A DNA stretch of 63,430 nt, filler included, from Octopus bimaculoides (taxonomy: Eukaryota): the NCBI RefSeq assembly GCF_001194135.2. It is 7 parts of 7 records of this genome, joined end to end, with 100 filler letters (N's around TTAATTAATTAA, not from the genome) between each part and the next. Parts side by side here need not be neighbours in the genome. Positions count along the whole stretch, not along the records: positions 36,502 to 45,224 come from NC_069010.1; positions 45,325 to 63,430 come from NC_068982.1; 5 more parts are not named here. The stretch is one strand, 5' to 3'. Shown piece after piece: positions 37,474-49,649 of this stretch (position 1 is the first letter of the stretch; each line of letters begins with the position of its first letter). The translations under genes and the position numbers were made by a program. Below the pieces are notes generated by a model that was given only the letters and a program-made list of their open reading frames with translations, ran no database searches and was not told the origin of the DNA.

Positions 37474-37746
37474 ATGAGTTCGCACGCCGATGCCAGCAAG
37501 GGCACTGACCAGGTGGACGACGCGGACTGCGTCAATTCCATGATGGCCAACTGTCCGAACTTCCGACGATTGTGTCCGGGGGTTCGAATCTACCGCTCGT
37601 CCAGACCAGATTTACTAACAGACGAAGAGGCTGGGTTTTTTCGCGACCAACTGAACATAAGAACCATCATTGACTTAAGATCTGTGTCTGAGTACAAAAA
37701 AGCCACAGGAGACAAGTTAGTAGCCAACCATTATAATCTGTATAAG
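37474..37746 (+). CDS. First coding exon (91 codons, phase-0 donor) of a Y_phosphatase3/IphP-like protein tyrosine or lipid phosphatase
   Basis: CPNFRRL...RIYRSSRPDLLTDEE...LNIRTIIDLRSVSEY matches the NFR / YRS / IRTVIDLRS.xE N-terminal motifs of this family. ATG in tcatcATGa context, donor AAG|GTAAGC, locally high GC. The catalytic C-x5-R exon was not found in the window. Confidence 0.8.
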
Positions 37747-37924
37747 GTAAGCCCAGCTTCTTTAATATAGTATAATGGAAGACAGTATAAAATCAATATC
37801 AGATACATGTCTACACACATACGCACGCACACATACATGTGTCTCTACATGTGTTTATCTCATACACATACGTTTTTATTCACACACTTATATGTGTGTG
37901 TGTATGCATATATATATATTTGTG

Positions 37925-38050
37925 TATGTGTGTGTGTCACACACATACACATACAAATGTCTACATGTGTATGTATACATATATCTGTATGTGTGTGTGT
38001 CACACACATACACATACAAATGTCTACATGTGTATGTATACATATATCTA
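37925..38050. repeat. About 58-bp tandem duplication within a TA/CA microsatellite
   Basis: gtatgtgtgtgtgtcacacacatacacatacaaatgtctacatgtgtatgtatacatatatct occurs twice. Confidence 0.85.
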
Positions 38051-38949
38051 TGCATATCATACACACGTTTATTCTTGCACTAATATGTATATAATTTGTG
38101 TATGTATGTATATATCTATATCTATATATATATCTATATATATCTATATAATATGTATATATATATANNNNNNNNNNNNNNNNNNNNNNNNNNNNNNNNN
38201 NNNNNNNNNNNNNNNNNNNNNNNNNNNNNNNNNNNNNNNNNNNNNNNNNNNNNNNNNNNNNNNNNNNNNNNNNNNNNNNNNNNNNNNNNNNNNNNNNNNN
38301 NNNNNNNNNNNNNNNNNNNNNNNNNNNNNNNNNNNNNNNNNNNNNNNNNNNNNNNNNNNNNNNNNNNNNNNNNNNNNNNNNNNNNNNNNNNNNNNNNNNN
38401 NNNNNNNNNNNNNNNNNNNNNNNNNNNNNNNNNNNNNNNNNNNNNNNNNNNNNNNNNNNNNNNNNNNNNNNNNNNNNNNNNNNNNNNNNNNNNNNNNNNN
38501 NNNNNNNNNNNNNNNNNNNNNNNNNNNNNNNNNNNNNNNNNNNNNNNNNNNNNNNNNNNNNNNNNNNNNNNNNNNNNNNNNNNNNNNNNNNNNNNNNNNN
38601 NNNNNNNNNNNNNNNNNNNNNNNNNNNNNNNNNNNNNNNNNNNNNNNNNNNNNNNNNNNNNNNNNNNNNNNNNNNNNNNNNNNNNNNNNNNNNNNNNNNN
38701 NNNNNNNNNNNNNNNNNNNNNNNNNNNNNNNNNNNNNNNNNNNNNNNNNNNNNNAAGTGTTTTCTACAGGGTGACCACAAGGTCTGGGTACATGGAGTCA
38801 ATAAAATCATAACATAAACAATTAAATACAAGAAATAATAATTTCTTAAAGTATGTGTTAATCCCCGTGTACCCAGACTTTGTGGACACCCTGTATAACG
38901 ACAGACAGACCTACCAAATTTGGATTTGATAAATGGAAACTGGAAGATG

Positions 38950-39165
38950 CTGGCGTGTGTGTATTAGTGTTTGTCCCCCACCACCTCAGTCACTCGACAA
39001 CCGGTGTTGGTATGTGTACGTCCACGCATATTAGCTGTTCGGCGATATGAAACCGACACAATAAGGAAAAAAATAAGTATTGGGGGGTCGATCTGTTCGA
39101 CTTAAACCCTTCAAGGCGATACCCCCAGCATGACCATAGTCTAATGACTGAAATAAGAGCAATAC
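38950..39165 (+). mobile_element. SINE family B, 3' half (diverged)
   Basis: gtttgtccccc...cgacaaccggtgttgg...ggggtcgatctgttcgac...ccccagcatgacc...aatgactgaaataag. Confidence 0.75.
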
Positions 39166-39389
39166 AGAAGATATATTTATACTTTATATATACACACACA
39201 TTTATATTATACAAGCAAACAGGCACACATCGTTTCGTTAAGACTCTATGTGTTCGTCTATTTTATTTTATCTTCTTTCTCTCTGGTCTTATTCTCACAC
39301 TTTGTTTATATATATTTTCTGTCTTCCTGTTCCTGCATTTTTATCTCTAACCTAATCTATACGTCTACATCTGTCCAGCTATATATTTA

Positions 39390-39672
39390 TATATTTCTAT
39401 ATCTGTTGTCTGTCTGTCGATCTATCTATCTATTTATCTATTTATATGTCATCTATCTATCTGTCTGTCTGTCTACTTATTTGTGTTCATCTGCTTGTTC
39501 GTCTATCTGTCTGTCTCTTTGTCTTCTATCTATCTATCTACTTATTTGTGTCTGTCTGTCTCTTTGTCTTCTATCTATCTACTTATCTACGTCAATTTGC
39601 TTGTTCGTCTATCTGTCTGTCTCTTTGTCTTCTATCTATCTATCTATCTATCTATTTATCTATCTATATGTC

Positions 39673-39708
<36 letters not shown>

Positions 39709-39932
39709 GTCTACTTATTTGTGTTCATCTGCTTGTTCGTCTATCTGTCTGTCTCTTTGTCTTCTATCTATCTATCTGTCTGTCGTCTATTGTTCTGTCT
39801 GCCTACCTACCGTCCGTCCGTCTGTCTGTCACTATCTGCCTGTCTATTTATCCATCTATCTATTGTTCTGTCTGCCTGCTTGTCCGTTTGTCTGTCTGTC
39901 GCTATCTGTCTATCTATCTATCTGCCTGCCTT

Positions 39933-39978
<46 letters not shown>

Positions 39979-40000
39979 TCTCTATCTGTCTGTCTGTCAA
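39390..40000. repeat. (TCTA/TCTG)n tetranucleotide array with higher-order units, ending in (CT)n
   Basis: The unit cttatttgtgttcatctgcttgttcgtctatctgtctgtctctttgtcttctatc recurs several times. Confidence 0.9.
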
Positions 40001-40039
40001 ATAGGTCTTCACAAGCAAAGTTTATTGCCCAATGAATGA

Positions 40040-40290
40040 GGGGTATCCATAAATGGGCTGGTTATACCCACTGGCATAGGCCATGGGCTATGGTCTCATT
40101 TGGCTTGTCGGGTCTTCTCAAGCACAGCATAACACCAAAGGTCTCGGTCACTAGTCATTGCCTCGGTGAGGCCCAATGTTCAAAGGTCGTGCTTCACGAC
40201 CTCGTCCCAGGTTTTCCTGGGTCTACCTCTTCCATAGGTTCCCTCAACTACTAGGGTGTGACACTTTTCTCATTCATTTGCAACATATGA
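40040..40290 (-). mobile_element. RTE LINE C-terminal fragment (older copy)
   Basis: Minus frame reads VVEGTYGRGRPRKTWDEVVKHDL*TLGLTEAMTSDRDLW...EKTRQAK. Confidence 0.85.
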
Positions 40291-40321
<31 letters not shown>

Positions 40322-41127
40322 NNNNNNNNNNNNNNNNNNNNNNNNNNNNNNNNNNNNNNNNNNNNNNNNNNNNNNNNNNNNNNNNNNNNNNNNNNNNNNN
40401 NNNNNNNNNNNNNNNNNNNNNNNNNNNNNNNNNNNNNNNNNNNNNNNNNNNNNNNNNNNNNNNNNNNNNNNNNNNNNNNNNNNNNNNNNNNNNNNNNNNN
40501 NNNNNNNNNNNNNNNNNNNNNNNNNNNNNNNNNNNNNNNNNNNNNNNNNNNNNNNNNNNNNNNNNNNNNNNNNNNNNNNNNNNNNNNNNNNNNNNNNNNN
40601 NNNNNNNNNNNNNNNNNNNNNNNNNNNNNNNNNNNNNNNNNNNNNNNNNNNNNNNNNNNNNNNNNNNNNNNNNNNNNNNNNNNNNNNNNNNNNNNNNNNN
40701 NNNNNNNNNNNNNNNNNNNNNNNNNNNNNNNNNNNNNNNNNNNNNNNNNNNNNNNNNNNNNNNNNNNNNNNNNNNNNNNNNNNNNNNNNNNNNNNNNNNN
40801 NNNNNNNNNNNNNNNNNNNNNNNNNNNNNNNNNNNNNNNNNNNNNNNNNNNNNNNNNNNNNNNNNNNNNNNNNNNNNNNNNNNNNNNNNNNNNNNNNNNN
40901 NNNNNNNNNNNNNNNNNNNNNNNNNNNNNNNNNNNNNNNNNNNNNNNNNNNNNNNNNNNNNNNNNNNNNNNNNNNNNNNNNNNNNNNNNNNNNNNNNNNN
41001 NNNNNNNNNNNNNNNNNNNNNNNNNNNNNNNNNNNNNNNNNNNNNNNNNNNNNNNNNNNNNNNNNNNNNNNNNNNNNNNNNNNNNNNNNNNNNNNNNNNN
41101 NNNNNNNNNNNNNNNNNNNNNNNNNNA

Positions 41128-41395
41128 CGGAAACTGAAAGAAGCCCGTCGTATATGTGTATATATATGTGTATGTGTGTGTGTGTTTGTATGTCTGTGTT
41201 TGTCCCCCCAACATCGCTTGACAACCGATGCTGGTGTGTTTATGTCCCCGTAACTTAGTGGTTCGGCAAAAGAGACCGATAGAATAAGTACTAGGCTTCC
41301 AAAGAATAAGTCCTGGGGTCGATTTCTTCGACTAAAGGCGGTGCTCCAGCATGGCCGCAGTCAAAAGACTGAAACAAGTAAAAGAGTAAAAGAGT
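41128..41395 (+). mobile_element. SINE family B (middle and 3' part)
   Basis: acggaaactgaaagaagcccgtcg, then a (TA/TG) run, then the 3' half as at 34790. Confidence 0.88.
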
Positions 41396-41714
41396 ATTAA
41401 ATACAAAAGAAATTTTCCTGCTGTGAATTTCTCTTTTCTTTGAAAGGTTCCATTGAAATGATTCATGAGGTTGTTTCTTGTGACAAACATTGGACCAAAG
41501 TGGTAACACCTTGCTAAGCTGAACATGTGCTGCATAACCTATGCTGTTAGTGCTAAGTGACTGACTAAATATGCTGCAGAGATAAATTTGTACTGTTAAA
41601 ATAAGCAAAACATTGTATCTGGTATTACAAGGTGGAATGGCAGATTCTCTGTGTTGGTAAGGTTGCCTATCAAGCAGTTAAAACAGGGTTTGAGTCTTGT
41701 TAACCCTTTAGGAT

Positions 41715-42078
41715 TTTGTTGTTGTTGTTGTTGGCACTCCGTCGCTTACGACGTCGAGCGTTCCGGTAGATCCGATCAACGGAACAGCCTGCTGCTCGTG
41801 AAATTAACGTGCAAGTGGCTGAGCACTCCACAGACACGTGTACCCTTAACGTGGTTCTCGGGGGAGGGGGGGGGATATTCAGCGTGTGACACAGAGTGTG
41901 ACAAGGCTGACCCCTTTGAATTACAGGCACAACAGAAACAGGAAGTAAGAGTGAGAGAAAGTTGTGGGGTGAAAGAGTACAGCAGGGGTTCGCCACCATC
42001 CCCTGCCAGAGCCTCGTGGAGCTTTTAGGTGTTTTCGCTCAATAAACACCCACAACGCCTGGGAATCGAAACCGCGAG
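41715..42078 (-). mobile_element. tRNA-derived SINE family C with (CAA)n tail
   Basis: Reverse complement begins with a B-box-like GGTTTCGATTCCC and ends gcgacggagtgc(caa)n. The body matches 45325-45610. Confidence 0.85.
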
Positions 42079-42258
42079 TAGTAGTAGTAGTAGTAGTAGT
42101 AGTAATGGTGGTGGTTGTAGTAGTAATGGTGGTAGTAGCCGTAATAGTGGTGGTGGTAGTAGTAGTACTAGAATTAGTAATAGTGGTAGCAGCAGCAGTA
42201 GTAGTAATGGTAACGGTGTTAAGGACACCAGTAGTCGTAGTAGTTTTGTATCAACAAC

Positions 42259-42291
<33 letters not shown>

Positions 42292-42294
42292 GGT

Positions 42295-42448
42295 GGTGGT
42301 GATAGATGTGCAGACTTTATAAACACTAGACCGCCGCTGCCGCCACCACCACCACCTTAGTAGTTCTAGTTGTCAAAAATAGCTGTGGTGGTGGTGGTGG
42401 TGGTGGTTGCTGTTGTGTTTAATGTAGTGATAATAAAAGTAGTAATAA

Positions 42449-42489
<41 letters not shown>

Positions 42490-42640
42490 ATATATGTGCA
42501 GACTTTATAAACACTAGACCGCCGCTGCCGCCACCCCCACCCTAGTGGTTGTAGTTGTCAAAAATAGCTGTGGTGGTGGTGGTTGCTGTTGTGTTTATTG
42601 TAGTGATAATAAAAGTAGTAGTAGTAGTAGTAGTAGTAAT
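42295..42640. repeat. About 190-bp tandem duplication in a GTA/GTG triplet field
   Basis: atgtgcagactttataaacactagaccgccgctgccgccacc...gttgtcaaaaatagctgtggtgg...gtagtgataataaaagtag occurs twice. Confidence 0.9.
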
Positions 42641-42842
42641 TGTGGTGGTTATAATAGTGGCTGCAGTATTTTTATTTTTTATTATGTCTTATGTTACTTT
42701 ATAGAAAGGGAAAGCAGTACCTTTGACCTTTTATGAGGTGTGTGGGGGGGAGGTGAGGTGTGTTGTGAGAGAGGTGGAAGGGAAGGAGGGGGAGTACCCC
42801 CCCCACCACCACCGCCCGATGTTTGCAACAGCCGACTAGGTG

Positions 42843-43725
42843 CAGTTGTGGCTGTGTGGTAAGAAGCTTGCTTCCCAAACCATGAGATTCTGCGTTCTGT
42901 CCTTTTGCATGGCACTTTGAGCAAGTGTCTTCTGGTATAGCCCTGGGCTGACCAAAGCCTTGTGAGTGGATTTGGTAGACGGAAACTGAAAGAAACCAGA
43001 GGCAAGTGAAATCACTGTCGTGGCCANNNNNNNNNNNNNNNNNNNNNNNNNNNNNNNNNNNNNNNNNNNNNNNNNNNNNNNNNNNNNNNNNNNNNNNNNN
43101 NNNNNNNNNNNNNNNNNNNNNNNNNNNNNNNNNNNNNNNNNNNNNNNNNNNNNNNNNNNNNNNNNNNNNNNNNNNNNNNNNNNNNNNNNNNNNNNNNNNN
43201 NNNNNNNNNNNNNNNNNNNNNNNNNNNNNNNNNNNNNNNNNNNNNNNNNNNNNNNNNNNNNNNNNNNNNNNNNNNNNNNNNNNNNNNNNNNNNNNNNNNN
43301 NNNNNNNNNNNNNNNNNNNNNNNNNNNNNNNNNNNNNNNNNNNNNNNNNNNNNNNNNNNNNNNNNNNNNNNNNNNNNNNNNNNNNNNNNNNNNNNNNNNN
43401 NNNNNNNNNNNNNNNNNNNNNNNNNNNNNNNNNNNNNNNNNNNNNNNNACGTTAAAAGCACCATTCGAGCATGGTCATTGCCAGTGCCGCCAAACTGGCT
43501 CCTGTGCAGGTGGCACGTAAAAAGCACCATTTGAGCATGGCCGATGCCAGTAATGCCTGACTGGCCCTCGTGCTGGTGACACGTAAAAGCACCCACTACA
43601 CTCTCGGAGTGGTTGGCGTTAGGAAGGGCATCCAGCTGTAGAAACTCTGCCAGATCAGATTGGAGACTGGTGCAGCCTTCTGGCTTGCCAGCCCTCAGTC
43701 AAACTGTCCAACCTATGCCAGCATG
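42843..43725 (+). mobile_element. SINE family B 5' half joined directly to a diverged RTE 3' UTR
   Basis: The SINE head runs to ...ggaaactgaaagaaa (about 42995), then RTE-type sequence through a gap to ...gtcaaactgtccaacc.atgccagcatg. Confidence 0.75.
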
Positions 43726-44029
43726 ATATAAACTGAGAATGTGTCTATCTGTCTGTATGTGTGTATTACTAAAACTTGAGACCTACCCAACCGATTTCAT
43801 TCAAATTTTTGCACGTGCCTCACTTATCTCTTACACTATTTAAGTATTACGTGTCAAAAGTGAAACGGTCCTGTTTTTGTTTTTTATTCAGACATAGAGT
43901 ATCTTGGACTACATTATCTTAAATGCCGTGCCCTTTCTTCCTAAATCTACATGAGTCAAGTATGACTTGAGGAAAAGAAAAAGTGGCTGCTATTTCTAGC
44001 AGATTTTACTGCCTTGTAGGTGCCTGAGT

Positions 44030-44640
44030 TAGATGATGATGATGATGATGGTAGTAACAATGATGATCACTATAATGATTCTGATGATTCTGATGATGAT
44101 TAGAATGGGAGCAGTGAAATCATGATGATGACGGTGACGACGGTGGTGACACAAAGATGATGATGATGGTGATTGTCATGGTGAAGTGATTAAGATGATG
44201 GGGGGGGGGTGAGAGTGAGATAATGAGGATGATGATGATGATGATGATGGTGGCTTAACTGACACTGACAAAGCCAATGGAGATGATGATGATGATGATG
44301 ATGATGATGACAATTGTGATGATGATAGTGAGGATGATGATGATGATGGTGATATTGACAGTTTTTAGAGATGATGATGATGATGATGATGATAATAATA
44401 ATAATGGTGATAAAGATGATGATGATGATGATGACGATGATGATGATGATAGTGAGGATGATGATGATGATGGTGATATTGACAGTTTTTAGAGATGATT
44501 ATGATGATAATGGTGATGATGATGATGATGATGATGACGATGATAATAATAATGGTGATAAAGATGATGATGATGATGATGATGATGATAGTGGTGTTGG
44601 CAGTGAGGACGGTGATGATGATGACGGTAGCGGTGACACC
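44030..44640. repeat. (GAT)n-rich repeat with an internal duplication of about 170-190 bp
   Basis: gtgaggatgatgatgatgatggtgatattgacagtttt(t)agagatgat...aataatggtgataaagatgat occurs twice. Confidence 0.9.
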
Positions 44641-45039
44641 GAGGCGCCAGCAATGAGTAGAAACAACAAAAAAAAATCGTTAAATTGCTAATTAATCGAA
44701 TTAATTAGCATTCATCTTCCATTAAATTGCATTTTGCATTGATCGCATTTCATTGAAATACCAAGTGGGTGACTACCCCGCTTACTTAAGCCCACTGGCA
44801 CGCGGCTCGTATGATATATCTAACTGACGTCAGGAGAGATATGGGCTGAGGTGACCTCAGTAAGATTTCCACTTACGTAAACGAATGTAATTAAGCATCA
44901 CATGGCAACATTCCTCCCACGCTATATTGTTGATGTCAATGACAGTGATGATGATGATGATGATAATTAACATCCTTAATGTCATTAACAGTTTTGTCAT
45001 CATCCACTGACATCCGTTTTTCCTTAGTTTCACATGTAC

Positions 45040-45225
45040 ATGTTTGGCTGTGCGGTAAGTAGCTTGCTTACCAACCACATGGTTCTGGGTTCAGTCCCAC
45101 TGCGTGGCATCTCTGGCAGGTGTCTTCTACTATAGCCTCGGGCCGACCAAAGCCTTGTGAGTGGATTTGGTAGACGGAAACTGAAAGAAGTGCGTCGTAA
45201 ATATGTATATATATATATATATATN
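45040..45225 (+). mobile_element. SINE family B, 5' half
   Basis: ggctgtgcggtaagtagcttgctt...gggttcagtcccactgcgtggc...ggatttggtagacggaaactgaaagaag. Confidence 0.88.
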
Positions 45226-45324
45226 NNNNNNNNNNNNNNNNNNNNNNNNNNNNNNNNNNNNNNNNNNNTTAATTAATTAANNNNNNNNNNNNNNNNNNNN
45301 NNNNNNNNNNNNNNNNNNNNNNNN

Positions 45325-45610
45325 AAACACCTAAAGCTCCACGAGGCTCCGGCAGGGGATGGTGGCGAACCCTGCTGTACACTTTCACCACAACTTTCTC
45401 TCACTCTTACTTTCTGTTTCTGTTGTGCCTGTAATTCAAAGGGTCAGCCTTGTCACACTGTGTCACGCTGAATATCTCCCGAGAACTACGTTAAGGGTAC
45501 ACGTGTCTGTGGAGTGCTCAGCCACTTGCACGTTAATTTCACGAGCAGGCTGTTCCGTTGATCGGATCAACTGGAACCCTCGTCGTCGTAAGCGACGGAG
45601 TGCCAACATG
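45325..45610 (+). mobile_element. SINE family C (head lost in gap)
   Basis: Reverse complement of the body of 41715-42078. Confidence 0.88.
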
Positions 45611-45685
45611 TAGTAGATGAGTTATAAAACTCGAAACTTTCAAGCCGTCGTCGAGTGCTATTGCTGCTTCTGTTACACAGATTTA

Positions 45686-47097
45686 TTGGGTTGGCAACTA
45701 AGTTCCACCGTGTTTTTAAATTTTGGAATTTATTGCGCTTTTAAATTTTGGAATCTATTTTTTTTCGAGAATTCTATTTTTGAATCATTTTGGAATCTAT
45801 TTTTTTTCTAGTTAATTTTAGTTAATTTTTGTTTATTTTCAGATCATTAAAATGGAATGTCAAGTTAAGAAAAACGAGCATTTTCGACACCTTTTTGCTT
45901 TTAATCAAGGTTCTAAGGCTGCAAAGGTTGCTCATGACATTTGTGCTGTGTATGGAGAGGGTGCCATAACTGAAAGAACCGCTCATGATTGGTATGCCAA
46001 GTTCAAAAATGGAAATTTTTACCTCAAAGACGCACCTCGTTCTGGCCGTCCAGTAGAGTTCGTTGAAGAGTGATTAAACCAACTTTTGCACGAAAATTCT
46101 CATCAAACGACAAGGGAACTGGCAGAGAAATGGAATGCTCCCACACGGCAATAGAGAAGCATATTCACTCGATGGGAAAGGTTCAGAAGTATAGAGTATG
46201 GGTTCCGTATNNNNNNNNNNNNNNNNNNNNNNNNNNNNNNNNNNNNNNNNNNNNNNNNNNNNNNNNNNNNNNNNNNNNNNNNNNNNNNNNNNNNNNNNNN
46301 NNNNNNNNNNNNNNNNNNNNNNNNNNNNNNNNNNNNNNNNNNNNNNNNNNNNNNNNNNNNNNNNNNNNNNNNNNNNNNNNNNNNNNNNNNNNNNNNNNNN
46401 NNNNNNNNNNNNNNNNNNNNNNNNNNNNNNNNNNNNNNNNNNNNNNNNNNNNNNNNNNNNNNNNNNNNNNNNNNNNNNNNNNNNNNNNNNNNNNNNNNNN
46501 NNNNNNNNNNNNNNNNNNNNNNNNNNNNNNNNNNNNNNNNNNNNNNNNNNNNNNNNNNNNNNNNNNNNNNNNNNNNNNNNNNNNNNNNNNNNNNNNNNNN
46601 NNNNNNNNNNNNNNNNNNNNNNNNNNNNNNNNNNNNNNNNNNNNNNTTGTTCAACAGATGGAACGACCCAACACGGTTATTCAAGAGAAAATACCTAATC
46701 GGCAGCATGGAGTTCTTCTGCTGCACGACAACGCCCGCCCTCATATCGCCAATATGACCAAGGAAGCCATTCAAACGCATGGCTGGGAAGTGCTGCTACA
46801 CCCGCCGTACTCTCTAGATTTGGCACCAACGGATTTCCACCTTTTTCGATCTCTTTCAAATGCTATGCGCAGAGTTTCGTTCAACACTGATGCAGAATTG
46901 AGAGCTTGGTTGGATCAATTTTTCGAGTCGAAATCGGGTGATTTCTACCAATGAGGTATTGAAAATCTTGTTGAACGTTAGGAAGAAGTTGTAAACAAGG
47001 GTGAATACATTATTGATTAATTAGTCGTTACTTGTTATTAAACCTTTTAAAAAACTTAAATTTAAAAAAACCGGCGGGAACTTAGTTGCCAACCCAA
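45686..47097 (+). mobile_element. Full-length mariner element (DD34D) with both TIRs and TA duplication; transposase disrupted
   Basis: TA|TTGGGTTGGCAACTAAGTTCC ... GGAACTTAGTTGCCAACCCAA|TA. ORF pieces MECQVKKNEHFRH...SGRP, KYRVWVPY and LLHDNARPH...HPPYSLDLAPTDFHLF (D34D); frameshift near 46070, stop at 46952 and an internal gap. Confidence 0.95.
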
Positions 47098-48318
47098 TAG
47101 ATCACATTCGAAAGGTCATTTGTCCAGTTGGTAAAGATTGACTCACCAGCATCCTACACACACTACAGTTAGTGACTCACGGATTCTATCTCTCTTCTGT
47201 TGCTACTATAATGGCTCCTCTTCTGAAGTAGCAATGTTACATACCATCCTGCGCGTACCGGTATCCAGGTGACTAGCTGTATAGTAATAAGTAATATGCA
47301 GTATTAGAACTAAATTAAAAATAAAATGTTAGAGCAATGTGATAGACACCTCATCATTTCTCTCACCTTGAAACTTATTCACTATTTGACGTTTGACAAC
47401 CTCCTACATTAGCGCTGTCTCATTAGCGTGACAGTGAATAAACATACAAGCTAATTATCTTATTTGGATAGCAATAAGTGTTTATCACAATCACTACTTT
47501 AAGAAAGTTGCTTAACATTTCACTCCCGGGAGTATCCAGGTGACTGCATTTTGACCCAAGAGATTGAAGAAAGGTTAGTATCAGCAAATTAAGGCAAAAT
47601 AGTTAAGCAGAATCGTAATTGGATTGCAAACATAGTCCGCAGGAAATTTCATCCCACCCCACCCGCACCACCACCAAAAATGCAACTTTTACATTTTTTA
47701 TCTAAGTGATTTTATATCTCATGACTTTTATGTATGCACATACAAATTATGCACATAGTTTATGTATGCACATACAAACTTTGAGTTTAAAATTTCCAAT
47801 CAAATGGATGTTAAAGCATAAAATATGGCCATTGGAGTCCAACTGGACCCATTGGCCTTCTGTGAAATTATTTTTTTCTGTTCTTTTCTCAGATATTCTG
47901 ATGAACTATAAGTCAATTTTCTTAGTATTTGTACTGGTATGAATCAATATACTAAATAATTTTGTTTTATTTCATATTTAGTGCTATATGTATAATTTAT
48001 AAAACTATAAAACATGTTGATTTCTTTCAATAAAGGTTTTTTTCAGTCAATAGATTATATTTTAATTCCCCTCCATTAAGCGCTAATAATTACAAATATA
48101 TACCTATAAAGTGCTAAATTTCATGTTCTGTATCATGCACTCACACATATACACAAGGTTAAACAAATATTACTTTATGGATAGTGCGGAAATGCGCAAA
48201 AATAAATTCCAACCCCGCCGGCCCACGAAGGGTTAAATGCATCAAATATTAAATGTAGTATACCTTGTCTGAAGATTGCTTCCTTGCATAAAAATTCTGA
48301 GAAACTAAATCTAAATCT

Positions 48319-48352
<34 letters not shown>

Positions 48353-49649
48353 NNNNNNNNNNNNNNNNNNNNNNNNNNNNNNNNNNNNNNNNNNNNNNNN
48401 NNNNNNNNNNNNNNNNNNNNNNNNNNNNNNNNNNNNNNNNNNNNNNNNNNNNNNNNNNNNNNNNNNNNNNNNNNNNNNNNNNNNNNNNNNNNNNNNNNNN
48501 NNNNNNNNNNNNNNNNNNNNNNNNNNNNNNNNNNNNNNNNNNNNNNNNNNNNNNNNNNNNNNNNNNNNNNNNNNNNNNNNNNNNNNNNNNNNNNNNNNNN
48601 NNNNNNNNNNNNNNNNNNNNNNNNNNNNNNNNNNNNNNNNNNNNNNNNNNNNNNNNNNNNNNNNNNNNNNNNNNNNNNNNNNNNNNNNNNNNNNNNNNNN
48701 NNNNNNNNNNNNNNNNNNNNNNNNNNNNNNNNNNNNNNNNNNNNNNNNNNNNNNNNNNNNNNNNNNNNNNNNNNNNNNNNNNNNNNNNNNNNNNNNNNNN
48801 NNNNNNNNNNNNNNNNNNNNNNNNNNNNNNNNNNNNNNNNNNNNNNNNNNNNNNNNNNNNNNNNNNNNNNNNNNNNNNNNNNNNNNNNNNNNNNNNNNNN
48901 NNNNNNNNNNNNNNNNNNNNTATATATGAATCCCTCCTTTCTCTCTTTGATTGCTGTGTAGGAGTACGGTCTAAGACAGAAGACGATCTTACTACATAGT
49001 CGAACCACGTACGTACCGCGTATCTGGACGATTGTGCTATCATTTCGATGAAATGGCTTCTACCAGTTCTATTAATAAAAACAAGTATTTATAAGAAATT
49101 TTATTAGATATGCTAACAGTATTACCTCCTCTCATATCATATGTAAACTATACAATAACACCTCGACGCGCGGCGACTACCTTCAAGCCGTAGGACTGCT
49201 CAATCTTTGTTGATCTGAGACTGCACAACAACATAAACGAATGAGGGAACTTCTACCTGAGTACTATTTCTACTAGAAATAGCAGTCAAATCTCTATCAA
49301 GTCATATCAGGTCGTTTACAAAAAGGAAAGATTCACTGGATAATATAGTCCAAAGTACACTAAGCCTGAAAAAAGAAATTAATTCATAGGTAGAATGTCT
49401 TTGAGCATAAGTCTGCCCAGTAAGAACTATCTTACTTTTGTGTTTTACAAAAAGAAATGCGATCATGATGATGACTATAACATTGTGGAACATTTTTCTG
49501 ACGGTCTCCAATTATTTCTGCAAGATATTTAAGTTACAGAACCTATAGTTCGCAATAGTTTAGTTTTCTATTGTTAGACTGGTTGTGATTTTAACTATTT
49601 TATGGTTTGTACATTGTAATGAATATGATTTTTTTTTTTCTCTTTAAAG

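Noticed and set aside
37578-37595. GGTTCGAATC tRNA B-box-like motif
   Set aside because: It lies within the phosphatase exon, with no cloverleaf and no A-box.
44277-44691. Poly-Asp and poly-Met ORFs
   Set aside because: Translations of a (GAT)n microsatellite.
48215-48236. piggyBac-like end (...GAAGGG|TTAA)
   Set aside because: I found no matching left TIR and no transposase sequence, so it is not called.
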